This document shows positions 8,654-17,777 of a DNA stretch of 64,000 nucleotides, piece by piece. Location of the stretch: the NCBI GenBank assembly GCA_964473555.1, contig CAYYPL010000008.1, positions 64,601 to 128,600 on the forward strand. Reading direction: 5' to 3'. Source of the stretch: an uncultured Chitinophagales bacterium. GTDB lineage: Bacteria; Bacteroidota; Rhodothermia; Balneolales; HLUCCA01. The notes beneath the pieces were generated by a model. The model was not told the DNA's origin. It did no database searches and saw nothing but the letters and a program-made list of their open reading frames with translations. The position numbers and the translations under genes are program-made. Each line of letters starts with the position of its first letter. Position 1 is the stretch's first letter.

Positions 8654-11482
8654 ATGCCGCGTAGAGACGACATCCACAATATTCTGCTTATCGGATCAGG
8701 TCCAATTATCATTGGACAAGCCTGTGAATTTGATTATTCCGGAACACAAGCGTGTCGATCGCTTCGGGAAGAAGGATACCGGGTTGTATTGATCAATTCG
8801 AATCCGGCCACGATCATGACCGATCCGATGATGGCCGATGCCATATACCTCAAGCCACTCACCACGCAATCGATTAAAGAAATTTGTACGAAAGAGAAAA
8901 TTGATGCTGTTTTGCCAACCATGGGTGGTCAAACTGCGTTGAACCTGGCGCGTGATCTTCACCATCAGGGATTTTGGGCCAAAAACAATATTCAGATCAT
9001 TGGAGTGGATATTGACGCCATTGACATCACCGAAGACCGGCAGCAGTTCAGGGACTTGATGGAGAAAATCGGTGTGGATCAATGCGTCAGTTACGTGGCG
9101 AAATCACTACTTGATGCTAAAGAAATCGCGGTCAAGTTGGGTGGTTTTCCTTTGGTTATTCGTCCCTCGTTCACGATGGGTGGAATGGGAGGTGGAATCA
9201 TCTGGAGTGAGGATGAATTCGAGCGCAAAGTACTGCGTGGATTAGAACTGAGTCCGATACACGAGATTTTGCTCGAAGAGTCAATCGTTGGTTGGAAGGA
9301 ATACGAGCTTGAACTACTGCGTGATGACAATGACAATGTGGTCATTATTTGCGGAATCGAGAATCTGGATCCTATGGGGGTTCATACCGGGGATTCGGTC
9401 ACTGTGGCGCCATGCCAGACCTTGACCGACAAACAGTTTCAACTGCTTCGAAATGCTGCAATTAGAATGATGCGTTCGATAGGTACCTTCGCAGGGGGAT
9501 GTAATGTGCAGTTCGCTTTTGAGCCGGGTACAGATCGTTTTGTAGCCATCGAAATCAATCCCAGGGTGAGTCGTTCATCGGCGCTGGCCTCTAAGGCAAC
9601 CGGATATCCGATTGCCAAGGTGGCCTCAAAACTGGCGGTTGGATACACATTGGATGAGCTGAAAAATCAGATTACCGGCACCACATCGGCCTGTTTTGAG
9701 CCTTCCATCGATTACGTTGTGGTAAAAGTACCGCGATTCAACTTCGAGAAGTTTCCAGGTGTTGATGAAATGTTGGGCACGCAGATGAAGGCCGTTGGCG
9801 AGGTTATGGCTATAGGAAGAAATTTTCCTGAAGCACTGAACAAAGCGTGGCAGTCGCTTGAAATAGGTCGCGCCGGACTCGGTGCCGACGGATACGAAGT
9901 GCTGGACAGGAAAAGAGTACGTGAACGTCTGATGAAACCCTATTGGGACAGATGTCTTCAGATCCGGAATGCCTTCAAGATGGGTGCATCCATTGAAGAA
10001 ATCCATGATGTAACCCGAGTTGATCCCTGGTTCCTGCAGCAAATCCGCTACATGGTGACACTAGAAAACCATTTGGAAGGTCAGACACTTGATACACTAA
10101 ACAAAGAGGACCTTTTCGAAGCCAAACAAGCTGGATTCTCAGACAAACAGATTGCCTGGCTGCTTTCACAAAGTGCAACGCCGGTTACAGAAGTCCAGGT
10201 CAGGAAGCGTCGCCTGGAAATGGGACTCAAACCCTCGTTCAAACTTGTTGATACTTGTGCAGCAGAATTTCCTGCCCAAACTCCCTACTATTACTCAGCC
10301 TATGAGGGAGAGAACGAAAGTTATGTGACGGATAAGAAGAAAATTATGATACTGGGTAGTGGTCCGAACCGTATTGGTCAAGGGATTGAGTTTGATTATT
10401 CCTGCACGCATGCGGTATTGGCAGCCAAAGAAGAAGGTTATGAAACCATCATGGTGAATTGTAATCCCGAGACCGTTTCCACTGACTTTGATATTGCCGA
10501 TAAGCTCTATTTTGAACCTGTGTACTGGGAGCGAGTGCTCGATATTTTTGAACATGAGAAACCAGAAGGAGTGATTCTGCAAGTTGGTGGACAAACAGCC
10601 CTTAAACTGGCGAAACATTTTCAGGCATCTGGCATCAAGATTTTTGGAACTGAATATGAAATGATGGATTTGGCCGAAGACCGCGGAAAGTTCTCTGAAG
10701 TATTGGTACAGTGCGACATCCCATTTCCAAGATATGGTACAGCTATGGACGTCAAGGGTGCACTTGAACAAGCTGAAGTTGTGAAATATCCGGTTTTGAT
10801 TCGTCCAAGTTATGTACTAGGTGGACAGGGAATGAGAATTGCGGTAAAGCCAGAAGAGCTTAAAGAGTATGTAGAAGAGTTGCTTACCACTCATCCGGAA
10901 AACGTTTTTTTGATCGACCATTATCTGGACAAAGCCATTGAAGTCGACTTCGACTCCATTTACGATGGTGAACAGCTTCACGTCAGCGGGATCATGCAAC
11001 ACATTGAGCCAGCTGGTGTCCACTCGGGAGACTCAACCGCTGTGTTGCCACCATACAGCCTTAGCGACGAGATTATCAAGACCCTTGAAGATTATCAACT
11101 TCGTATTGCCAAAGCATTGAATGTACGCGGATTCATCAACGTCCAGTATGCCATCAAAGACAACAAGGTGTATGTGTTGGAGGCGAATCCACGTTCGACA
11201 CGAACCATTCCATTCATCGCCAAGGCAACCGGTCGTCCGGAGTCGGCCATAGGGGTGAAGGTGATGATGGGAAGAAAGCTCAGTGAGTTTGATTTGAGTT
11301 CCTCGTTGACCTGCTACGCTATTAAAGAGCCGGTGTTCCCGTTCGATAAGTTTCCGGAAGTCAAGAAGGAGTTGGGTCCGGAGATGAAATCGACCGGGGA
11401 AACAATCTACTTCCTGGAGGATTTTGACGACGAGCATTTCAGAAAGCCCTACGAGTTCAAGAATCTTTATTTGAGTAAATAA
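8654..11482 (+). CDS. carB: Carbamoyl-phosphate synthase large subunit, short form (942 aa, no C-terminal MGS-like allosteric domain)
   Basis: Two ATP-grasp halves ([21 protein letters not shown] and [20 protein letters not shown]). It ends soon after GPEMKSTGE, where E. coli CarB continues for about 130 aa. Confidence 0.95.
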   Translation: MPRRDDIHNILLIGSGPIIIGQACEFDYSGTQACRSLREEGYRVVLINSNPATIMTDPMMADAIYLKPLTTQSIKEICTKEKIDAVLPTMGGQTALNLARDLHHQGFWAKNNIQIIGVDIDAIDITEDRQQFRDLMEKIGVDQCVSYVAKSLLDAKEIAVKLGGFPLVIRPSFTMGGMGGGIIWSEDEFERKVLRGLELSPIHEILLEESIVGWKEYELELLRDDNDNVVIICGIENLDPMGVHTGDSVTVAPCQTLTDKQFQLLRNAAIRMMRSIGTFAGGCNVQFAFEPGTDRFVAIEINPRVSRSSALASKATGYPIAKVASKLAVGYTLDELKNQITGTTSACFEPSIDYVVVKVPRFNFEKFPGVDEMLGTQMKAVGEVMAIGRNFPEALNKAWQSLEIGRAGLGADGYEVLDRKRVRERLMKPYWDRCLQIRNAFKMGASIEEIHDVTRVDPWFLQQIRYMVTLENHLEGQTLDTLNKEDLFEAKQAGFSDKQIAWLLSQSATPVTEVQVRKRRLEMGLKPSFKLVDTCAAEFPAQTPYYYSAYEGENESYVTDKKKIMILGSGPNRIGQGIEFDYSCTHAVLAAKEEGYETIMVNCNPETVSTDFDIADKLYFEPVYWERVLDIFEHEKPEGVILQVGGQTALKLAKHFQASGIKIFGTEYEMMDLAEDRGKFSEVLVQCDIPFPRYGTAMDVKGALEQAEVVKYPVLIRPSYVLGGQGMRIAVKPEELKEYVEELLTTHPENVFLIDHYLDKAIEVDFDSIYDGEQLHVSGIMQHIEPAGVHSGDSTAVLPPYSLSDEIIKTLEDYQLRIAKALNVRGFINVQYAIKDNKVYVLEANPRSTRTIPFIAKATGRPESAIGVKVMMGRKLSEFDLSSSLTCYAIKEPVFPFDKFPEVKKELGPEMKSTGETIYFLEDFDDEHFRKPYEFKNLYLSK

Positions 11483-11685
11483 TTTTCGCTTTGCGAGTAA
11501 TTAGTTGCCCGGAGAGTGTTGCTTCGCAACGGAGAGTGGGGGCTAGAGCCCCTGGAGAGCGCAAGTTTAACTTGCGGAGAGTTAAGCATGTATTTGTGCC
11601 AGCGGTGGTGGGCTTCGCCACGGTGGGGGCTCGCATGCGCGATACGGAGGGGGATTCCTTTGCAGTCAGGGAGTTGCCTGGTATG
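11483..11685 (+). repeat. Mini-hairpin array B: GGAGAG-phased, sequence-variable stem-loops
   Basis: GGAGAG at 11511, 11531, 11554 and 11576 (spacing 20/23/22 nt). Each is followed by a different hairpin: GTTGC-TTC-GCAAC 11518-11530; GGGGC-TAGA-GCCCC 11539-11552; CGCAAGT-TTA-ACTTGCG 11560-11576. Degenerate units with GGTGGTG/GGTGGGG/GGAGGGG spacers follow. Confidence 0.75.
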
Positions 11686-11732
11686 ATTTTGGACGCCTAT
11701 TTTTTCCTTCGAAAAAAATAGGCGTCCAAAAT
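11686..11732. terminator. Long near-perfect palindrome (about 20-bp stem), likely bidirectional terminator; contains the shared 38-nt core
   Basis: ATTTTGGACGCCTATTTTTT (11686-11705) pairs with AAAAAATAGGCGTCCAAAAT (to 11732) around a CCTTCG loop. It lies between carB and the sugar porter. Confidence 0.7.
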
Positions 11733-11776
11733 TCTTACCACTTCATCAAGGTTCAAGCCAAGCATTTCTCTCGTCC

Positions 11777-11804
11777 CTTATCTCTTATCCCTTATCTCTT
11801 ATCA
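11777..11804. repeat. Heptad tandem repeat (CTTATCY)x4
   Basis: cttatct cttatcc cttatct cttatca read directly. Confidence 0.8.
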
Positions 11805-11957
11805 AAGATTGCAAACTCTTGACTTTGATTCTTGCCCGAATTTTGATAATCTCTGTGCAACACCATATAACCTGAATAAACGGGTCTGATAGGTCGGTTC
11901 TGACGACCTTTATCTGATCATTAACCATAAATTTCTTTAAACAGAGGTCAATAGCGT

Positions 11958-13385
11958 ATGGCAAATCAGCAATCGCTTACTTCTTCAGGTGGTGATAACC
12001 TGGGAAGGGTAATATTAATTTCAACTTCAGCTGCCATAGGTGGCTTTTTGTTTGGGTTCGATAGTGGTGTAATCAATGGAACGGTGGATGCGCTTCGTGC
12101 CGCGTTCGATTCTGATGCGGTCGGTACCGGATTCAACGTGGCTTCGATGCTACTTGGATGCGCTGTGGGTGCCTTTTTCGCGGGAACACTTGCCGATAAA
12201 TTTGGGCGTAAAGTGGTCATGATTGCCACAGCTCTGACCTTCATTGTCAGTGCATGGGGATCGGGAATTGCTGGATCATCGCTGGAATTCGTTATTTATC
12301 GTGTTCTTGGTGGATTAGCGGTTGGTGCTGCCAGTATCCTCGGCCCAGCTTACATCAGTGAAATCGCTCCTTCAAAATACCGTGGCCGACTCGCATCGCT
12401 TCAGCAGTTGATGATTGTACTTGGGCTTTTTGCAGCTTTCTTGAGTAATTACTATCTGGCAGATATTGCCGGTGGGTCGGCCGCAACATTCTGGCTTGGG
12501 TATCAAACCTGGCAATGGATGTTCTGGATGGAAATATTTCCTGCTGCCATTTTCTTTGTGACGCTGCTTTTTGTTCCGGAATCACCGCGCTATCTCGTTG
12601 CAGCCGGGCGATCTGAAGAAGCCCGTAAAATTCTTGCACATATCTCGCACCCGAATGACGCCGATGCTAAAGTTGCCGACATTCAGGCTACACTTGAGAA
12701 AGACCGTAAACCACGGTTGAGTGATATTCTGAACAAACTATCCGGTAAACTACATCCGGTGGTCTGGGTTGGAATCGTATTATCTATTCTTCAGCAGTTT
12801 ACCGGGATCAATGTGGTGATGTACTACGGTGCTACCCTCTGGCAGGCAGCTGGATTCTCGGAGTCGGATGCCTTGATGCAGAATGTGATCATTGGAGCGG
12901 TTAATGTTTCTTTTACCTTTCTTGCGATAGCTCTGGTCGACAAGTTAGGTCGTAAGGCGTTGCTTTTGGGCGGGGCCTTGGGACAAGCCGTGATGCTGGG
13001 TATTATGGCCGTGATATTCGGATCAGCCGATCTAGATACAGCCGGAAACCTTATGCTGACCGACTCTATGGGACTCTATGCCCTACTTGCAGCAATGGGA
13101 TATATCGGATTTTTTGCAACCACCTGGGGTCCGGTGCTTTGGGTCATGCTTGGAGAAATGTTCCCGAACCAGTTCCGTGGTGCTGCCCTGGCTGTGTGTG
13201 GTATCCTGCACTGGACTTCTAACTTTGCGATCACGATGAGCTTCCCAATTTTGCTCACCTCTATAGGGCTGGGATACTCGTATGGAATCTACGCGGCGTT
13301 TGGCCTGCTGGCTTACTTTGTTGTGAAAAAATTCGTAACCGAGACCAAAGGCAGAACTCTGGAGCAGATGTCTATTAATGGATAG
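11958..13385 (+). CDS. MFS sugar porter (sugar:H+ symporter family)
   Basis: Sugar-porter signatures GRKVVM, PESPRYLV and ETKGRTLEQM. 12-TM profile. Confidence 0.85.
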   Translation: MANQQSLTSSGGDNLGRVILISTSAAIGGFLFGFDSGVINGTVDALRAAFDSDAVGTGFNVASMLLGCAVGAFFAGTLADKFGRKVVMIATALTFIVSAWGSGIAGSSLEFVIYRVLGGLAVGAASILGPAYISEIAPSKYRGRLASLQQLMIVLGLFAAFLSNYYLADIAGGSAATFWLGYQTWQWMFWMEIFPAAIFFVTLLFVPESPRYLVAAGRSEEARKILAHISHPNDADAKVADIQATLEKDRKPRLSDILNKLSGKLHPVVWVGIVLSILQQFTGINVVMYYGATLWQAAGFSESDALMQNVIIGAVNVSFTFLAIALVDKLGRKALLLGGALGQAVMLGIMAVIFGSADLDTAGNLMLTDSMGLYALLAAMGYIGFFATTWGPVLWVMLGEMFPNQFRGAALAVCGILHWTSNFAITMSFPILLTSIGLGYSYGIYAAFGLLAYFVVKKFVTETKGRTLEQMSING

Positions 13386-13472
13386 TAGGTAGTAGGTAGT
13401 GGGTAGTAGGTAGTGGGTAGTGGGGAGTGAGTTATTCTACTTCCTTCTCCCCACTCCCTACTACCCACTCCC
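13383..13472. terminator. Heptad-repeat hairpin: (TAGTRGG)x6 paired with inverted (CCCYACT) heptads
   Basis: TAG of the transporter stop codon is the first of six TAGTRGG units (13383-13424). C-strand heptads at 13448-13472 are their imperfect reverse complement, forming a long imperfect stem. Confidence 0.6.
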
Positions 13473-13581
13473 CTTATATTTATTCTAAATAATACCAGCG
13501 GCTAAATCTTCATATAGTCTTCATAAAAGGTTCGTTAATTAGTGATCGTACGATTATGCTCACTCAATCCGACACTATTTT

Positions 13582-14775
13582 ATGAACAAACCAAAGCTTG
13601 GTGTAGTATTAATGAATCTCGGCGGACCTACCTCCGAGGAGTCAGTTCGGACCTTTCTATACAATCTTTTCAGCGACGAAGATATCATCAAGTTGGGTGG
13701 TGGCAATCTTCAGAACGCCCTTGCCAAGGTCATTTCGAAATTCCGTTACAAGAAAATCGCTGAGAAATACCGCGAGATCAGTGCTTGTCCCAAGGGTTGC
13801 ATGGGCAGTAAATACTGCCTGAATCGCCAGAATAAGGTCGTTTCTGACTGCTGTTCACCTATTAATCCACTCACTGAGCTCCAAAGACGGACCCTGGAGA
13901 AGGCACTCAGGGAAGCGTTGCCTGATTTTGAAGTAAAGGCCTACACTGCAATGCGTTACTGGCGTCCTTTTGCCTATCAGGTGATGGATGAAATGCTCGA
14001 GGATGGTATCGATCATGCAGTTCTTTTACCGCTTTACCCCCATTTCTCCTGGACCACGACCGGATCCAGTTTCAGGGACTGGGAGAACATCCGACAGGAT
14101 TTTGAGAAATCAGGTAAGAAACCAACCTGGCAGGAATACACGGTAAAGTCCTATCACCTCAATCAACCCTATCTGGAATCATTGAACGAGCGGATCGACG
14201 AAGCGCTGGCTCGCTTTACTGACGAAGAGCGTAAGAAAGTACACCTCATTTTCAGCGCACATGGAACACCTATTTCAGAAGTGGAAAGTGGTGATCCGTA
14301 TACCGGACAAATCGAAGAGACTGTGGAAGCGATTATGCACATGCGGGCGAGTAAAGAGAATTATTGGCTCAGTTATCAGTCGCGTGTTGGTCCATCTAAA
14401 TGGACACAGCCGAACACTGAAGATTTGGTCATTCGTCTCATCGAGTATGGCGTGAAGCACTTCCTGATGATTCCCGTGGCTTTTGTGACCGATCATATCG
14501 AAACCCTGCATGAGCTGGGTATTGAATTACCTGAAGAACTTGAAGAAGAGGGATTACATGTCGAGAAACTCGAAGTCTCTGGTGGCCTGAACGACCATCC
14601 GAAATTCATTCAGGCATTGGTAGATGAAGTCAAGTTCCGCATTGAGCATGTTTCGACGCATGATTCTATCTTGAACAACGGGAAATCGGTGGTAAAAAAG
14701 TCAAAAACTGGAACTGGTGAGATGGTGCCAGATGGCGAGCCTGCTGCTGCGCCATCTGTTAAGGATAATCAATAA
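13582..14775 (+). CDS. hemH: Ferrochelatase with internal Cys-rich insertion
   Basis: GVVLMNLGGP, LLPLYPHFSWTTTGSS, SAHGTP and FVTDHIETLHE are ferrochelatase motifs. There is an extra Cys-rich segment after YREI. Confidence 0.92.
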   Translation: MNKPKLGVVLMNLGGPTSEESVRTFLYNLFSDEDIIKLGGGNLQNALAKVISKFRYKKIAEKYREISACPKGCMGSKYCLNRQNKVVSDCCSPINPLTELQRRTLEKALREALPDFEVKAYTAMRYWRPFAYQVMDEMLEDGIDHAVLLPLYPHFSWTTTGSSFRDWENIRQDFEKSGKKPTWQEYTVKSYHLNQPYLESLNERIDEALARFTDEERKKVHLIFSAHGTPISEVESGDPYTGQIEETVEAIMHMRASKENYWLSYQSRVGPSKWTQPNTEDLVIRLIEYGVKHFLMIPVAFVTDHIETLHELGIELPEELEEEGLHVEKLEVSGGLNDHPKFIQALVDEVKFRIEHVSTHDSILNNGKSVVKKSKTGTGEMVPDGEPAAAPSVKDNQ

Positions 14776-14791
14776 GGATAGTACCCGGAGT

Positions 14792-16057
14792 ATGGAAATA
14801 ATCCATTCGGATATGGACGAGTTTTTGGTGGTTGGAATCAGTCACTGGTATGCAGATCTGTCTGTGCGAGAGCGGTTTACGTTGAGTACACCGTCCCAGC
14901 AATTGCTTCTTCAGGAAGCTGAGGCCATCGGGATGCGAGGTGTCATTGTACTGAGTACCTGTAACCGTACTGAGCTGTTCACCAGAAGTGATCGTGCTGA
15001 AATGCTCATTGGACTCATGGTCAAGTATTCGTATGGGTCCAGAGCCGAGTTCGAGAAGTTTGGTTTCATCAAGCGAGGCGAAGAAGCGGTAAGGCATTTT
15101 TTTCGTGTAGCTGTGGGACTTGACGCACAGATTCTGGGTGATGTACAAATCATTAAACAGGTCAAGCAAGCCTACGAACACGCAGGGAATTACAACATGC
15201 TTGATGGAGTGATGCATCGTTGTATGCAGTCCGTCTTTCGGGCCCACAAACGATCACGTTCCGAAACCAGTCTTGGCTCAGGAGCTGCTACCACGGCTTA
15301 TGCTGCAGTTCAGGCTGCCAAACACGAACTGGGATCTCTTATTGGCAAGCGTGTGTTGCTCGTGGGAACCGGGAAAATTGGCAAAGTTACCTGTATGAAT
15401 CTGATCAATATGGGAGTGACCCAGGTAACACTGGTCAATCGAAGTGAGCACAAAGCTCAGCGTTTGGCTGATAAATTCAATGTAGAGGTTGCTCCTTTTG
15501 AGTCACTGGTCGAGAAGATGTCGGACGCGGATCTGATCATTGTGGCAACCGGCGCTCTGGAACCCATTTTACGTCCTGGGCATATCGATGCCATGCGACT
15601 TGCAGGCGGTCATCAGCCACTGCTTCTGATGGATTTGTCTGTCCCACGAAATATTGATCCCGAGGTGGGTAAGTTGGCTGGGATCAGGCTCATTAACATG
15701 GACATGCTCAATGACCGTCTTGATGAAACCTACAAAGAGCGCGAGGCGAATATTCCGCTGGTGGAGGATATCATAGACCAGGAGCTGGTTGAATTCAAGC
15801 GCTGGTTGTCCGAGCAGCGAGTTGTTCCAACGATCAAAGCGCTGACCAGAAAACTCGATGACATTCGTCGTGCGGAAATGGATCGATTTTCGTCACGTTT
15901 TGGAGTTGAGGAGGCCAAACATGCAGAAAAACTGACCCGACGTATTGTCAACAAGATACTTGCCCTGTCTATCGACCACTTGAAAGATCAGCATCCACAG
16001 ACAGACGAAGTGACCCGAGTGGTTCAGGACATGTTTAAAATCCGACCGGAATCATGA
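14792..16057 (+). CDS. hemA: Glutamyl-tRNA reductase
   Basis: ORF 14717..16057 trimmed to ATG 14792. Catalytic LSTCNRTE and NADPH site VGTGKIG. Confidence 0.9.
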   Translation: MEIIHSDMDEFLVVGISHWYADLSVRERFTLSTPSQQLLLQEAEAIGMRGVIVLSTCNRTELFTRSDRAEMLIGLMVKYSYGSRAEFEKFGFIKRGEEAVRHFFRVAVGLDAQILGDVQIIKQVKQAYEHAGNYNMLDGVMHRCMQSVFRAHKRSRSETSLGSGAATTAYAAVQAAKHELGSLIGKRVLLVGTGKIGKVTCMNLINMGVTQVTLVNRSEHKAQRLADKFNVEVAPFESLVEKMSDADLIIVATGALEPILRPGHIDAMRLAGGHQPLLLMDLSVPRNIDPEVGKLAGIRLINMDMLNDRLDETYKEREANIPLVEDIIDQELVEFKRWLSEQRVVPTIKALTRKLDDIRRAEMDRFSSRFGVEEAKHAEKLTRRIVNKILALSIDHLKDQHPQTDEVTRVVQDMFKIRPES

Positions 16058-16965
16058 TCAGAATTGGAACCAGAGACAGTGCACTGGCCATATGGCAAGC
16101 CCGGCATGTTGCTGAGGCATTGCATACGACTGGTCACGACACTGAGCTCGTGTTCATCAAAACGGAAGGTGATTTGGTGCTGGACACGCCGCTTCCGCTC
16201 ATGGGTGGGAAAGGTGTGTTCACCAAAGCCCTAGATGACGCCTTACTTGCTGGTCGGATTGACATCGCCGTACACTCGCACAAAGATATTCCGACTCGCC
16301 TGCCCGATGGACTCTGCATTGCGGCCGTATTTGAGCGTGAGGATCCACGTGATGTGCTGGTCATGCGCGCAGGTGTTGAGGTAACTCAGGAGGAGCTGGC
16401 CAATGGTAACGGGACTATCGCGACGAGCAGTCTGCGCAGACAGGGACAGTGGTTACATCGCTATCCACTGCATCAGGTAGCGGACATACGAGGCAATGTG
16501 CAGACCCGACTGCGGAAGGTGGATGAGAGTGAGTGGTACGGGGCCATATTTGCAGCGGCGGGGCTTAAGAGGCTGGGACTGGAGGACCGGATTTCGATGT
16601 ATCTGGACTGGATGATCTGTGCTCCGGCGCAGGGAGCCGTTGCGGTGATGTCGCGGACTGAGGATGAGCCGGTAATCGAGGCCTTGAGTATGCACCATCA
16701 TCGGGTTACGGCACTATGTGTGGCCGCCGAGCGACAGTGTCTGAATCGCCTTGAGGGAGGCTGTAGTGCTCCGGTGGGCGTTTATGTTCGACCGGATAAG
16801 GAAGAGTTTGTGCTGGTTGCGAATGTGTTGTCGGGCGATGGGGTGGAGTGTATCGAGGTGGAGCTTCGCCGGGCGTTGGGATCGGTCGAGGATGCGCTTG
16901 GTCTGGGTAGGGATGCTGCTGCAGCGTTGTTGGCGTCGGGTGCTGCCAGACTCATACCGGAGTAG
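16054..16965 (+). CDS. hemC: Hydroxymethylbilane synthase (porphobilinogen deaminase)
   Basis: IGTRDSALAIWQA and the cofactor Cys in LEGGCSAPVG. ATGA overlap with the hemA stop. Confidence 0.93.
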   Translation: MIRIGTRDSALAIWQARHVAEALHTTGHDTELVFIKTEGDLVLDTPLPLMGGKGVFTKALDDALLAGRIDIAVHSHKDIPTRLPDGLCIAAVFEREDPRDVLVMRAGVEVTQEELANGNGTIATSSLRRQGQWLHRYPLHQVADIRGNVQTRLRKVDESEWYGAIFAAAGLKRLGLEDRISMYLDWMICAPAQGAVAVMSRTEDEPVIEALSMHHHRVTALCVAAERQCLNRLEGGCSAPVGVYVRPDKEEFVLVANVLSGDGVECIEVELRRALGSVEDALGLGRDAAAALLASGAARLIPE

Positions 16966-16968
16966 CTG

Positions 16969-17721
16969 ATGAACATCTTGTTTACCAGAGCGTTGTCGGG
17001 AATCGATCGTGAACGTGCTCGGGAGCGTGGTATCGAGTGCAAAGAGTTTCCCTTGATTGGGGTTGAATACGCTGGATTTGACGCACTATTGAACAGATAT
17101 CCGGAATTCTGGGTGCACCTGGAGGCTGCCAGAGCGGTGGTATTTACCAGTGGAAACGGAGTCACGGGACTGCTCGGTTCGCCGGAGCATGTGCCCGATA
17201 CATCCACCCTGAACCTACTTTCGATACTACGCAAAAAGCCTGTCTATACGGTCGGAGAGTCTACCGCCGATGTGATTGAACCATTTGGAATTCTGGCTCG
17301 GTTTCCGGACGACTACAACGCGGTTTCATTGGCAAAAATGATGTTACTTGACGGTGTGCACACGAGGATGATCCATTTTTGTGGTGATGTCAAGCGTCCG
17401 GAGCTCGGTATGGCTATGAAAGAAGCTGGAATAGCGGTCGAGGAGATCGAGACGTACTCGAAGCGCGGATTGCTACAGGACGATGAGCAACATCTGAGTG
17501 TTGTCCGAACGGAGTTGAGTTCGGCAGCAGGGGTTGTGTTTTATAGTCCGAGTGCGGTTGAGGAGTTTTTTTTACACGGTCTTGACCGCGGGTTTGGGGG
17601 CAGATGGTATGCTATTGGACAGACTACAGCATCGGCATTAAGAGAGCGGAGCGTAGAGCCGTTGGTGCCGCGAGCGCCCATGACCGAGGTATTGCTTGAT
17701 TTCATTGCCAGACACCCGTAG
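16969..17721 (+). CDS. hemD: Uroporphyrinogen-III synthase
   Basis: 250-aa HemD-sized protein 3 nt after hemC, with VFTSGNGV and YSPSAV segments typical of the two-domain HemD fold. Position in the hemC-hemD-hemE series. Confidence 0.8.
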   Translation: MNILFTRALSGIDRERARERGIECKEFPLIGVEYAGFDALLNRYPEFWVHLEAARAVVFTSGNGVTGLLGSPEHVPDTSTLNLLSILRKKPVYTVGESTADVIEPFGILARFPDDYNAVSLAKMMLLDGVHTRMIHFCGDVKRPELGMAMKEAGIAVEEIETYSKRGLLQDDEQHLSVVRTELSSAAGVVFYSPSAVEEFFLHGLDRGFGGRWYAIGQTTASALRERSVEPLVPRAPMTEVLLDFIARHP

Positions 17722-17777
17722 TATCGTGTATTGGGCCAGATTTTAGAGAACTTTTGAATGAATACAGGATTTTTATT

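Noticed and set aside
11483-11685. Possible CRISPR array
   Set aside because: The conserved element is only 6 nt (GGAGAG), the period is 20-24 nt, and the variable parts are self-complementary hairpins. No cas genes or leader are present. This does not fit CRISPR architecture.
11491-11721. 76-aa ORF downstream of carB
   Set aside because: It lies entirely within the GGAGAG mini-hairpin array and the long palindrome. It has no codon-like periodicity and no recognisable family. The ORF is a by-product of stop-poor, G-rich repeats.
11745-11760. tRNA-like GGTTCAAGCC motif
   Set aside because: There is only a T-loop-like hexamer. No acceptor, D or anticodon stems can be drawn around it.
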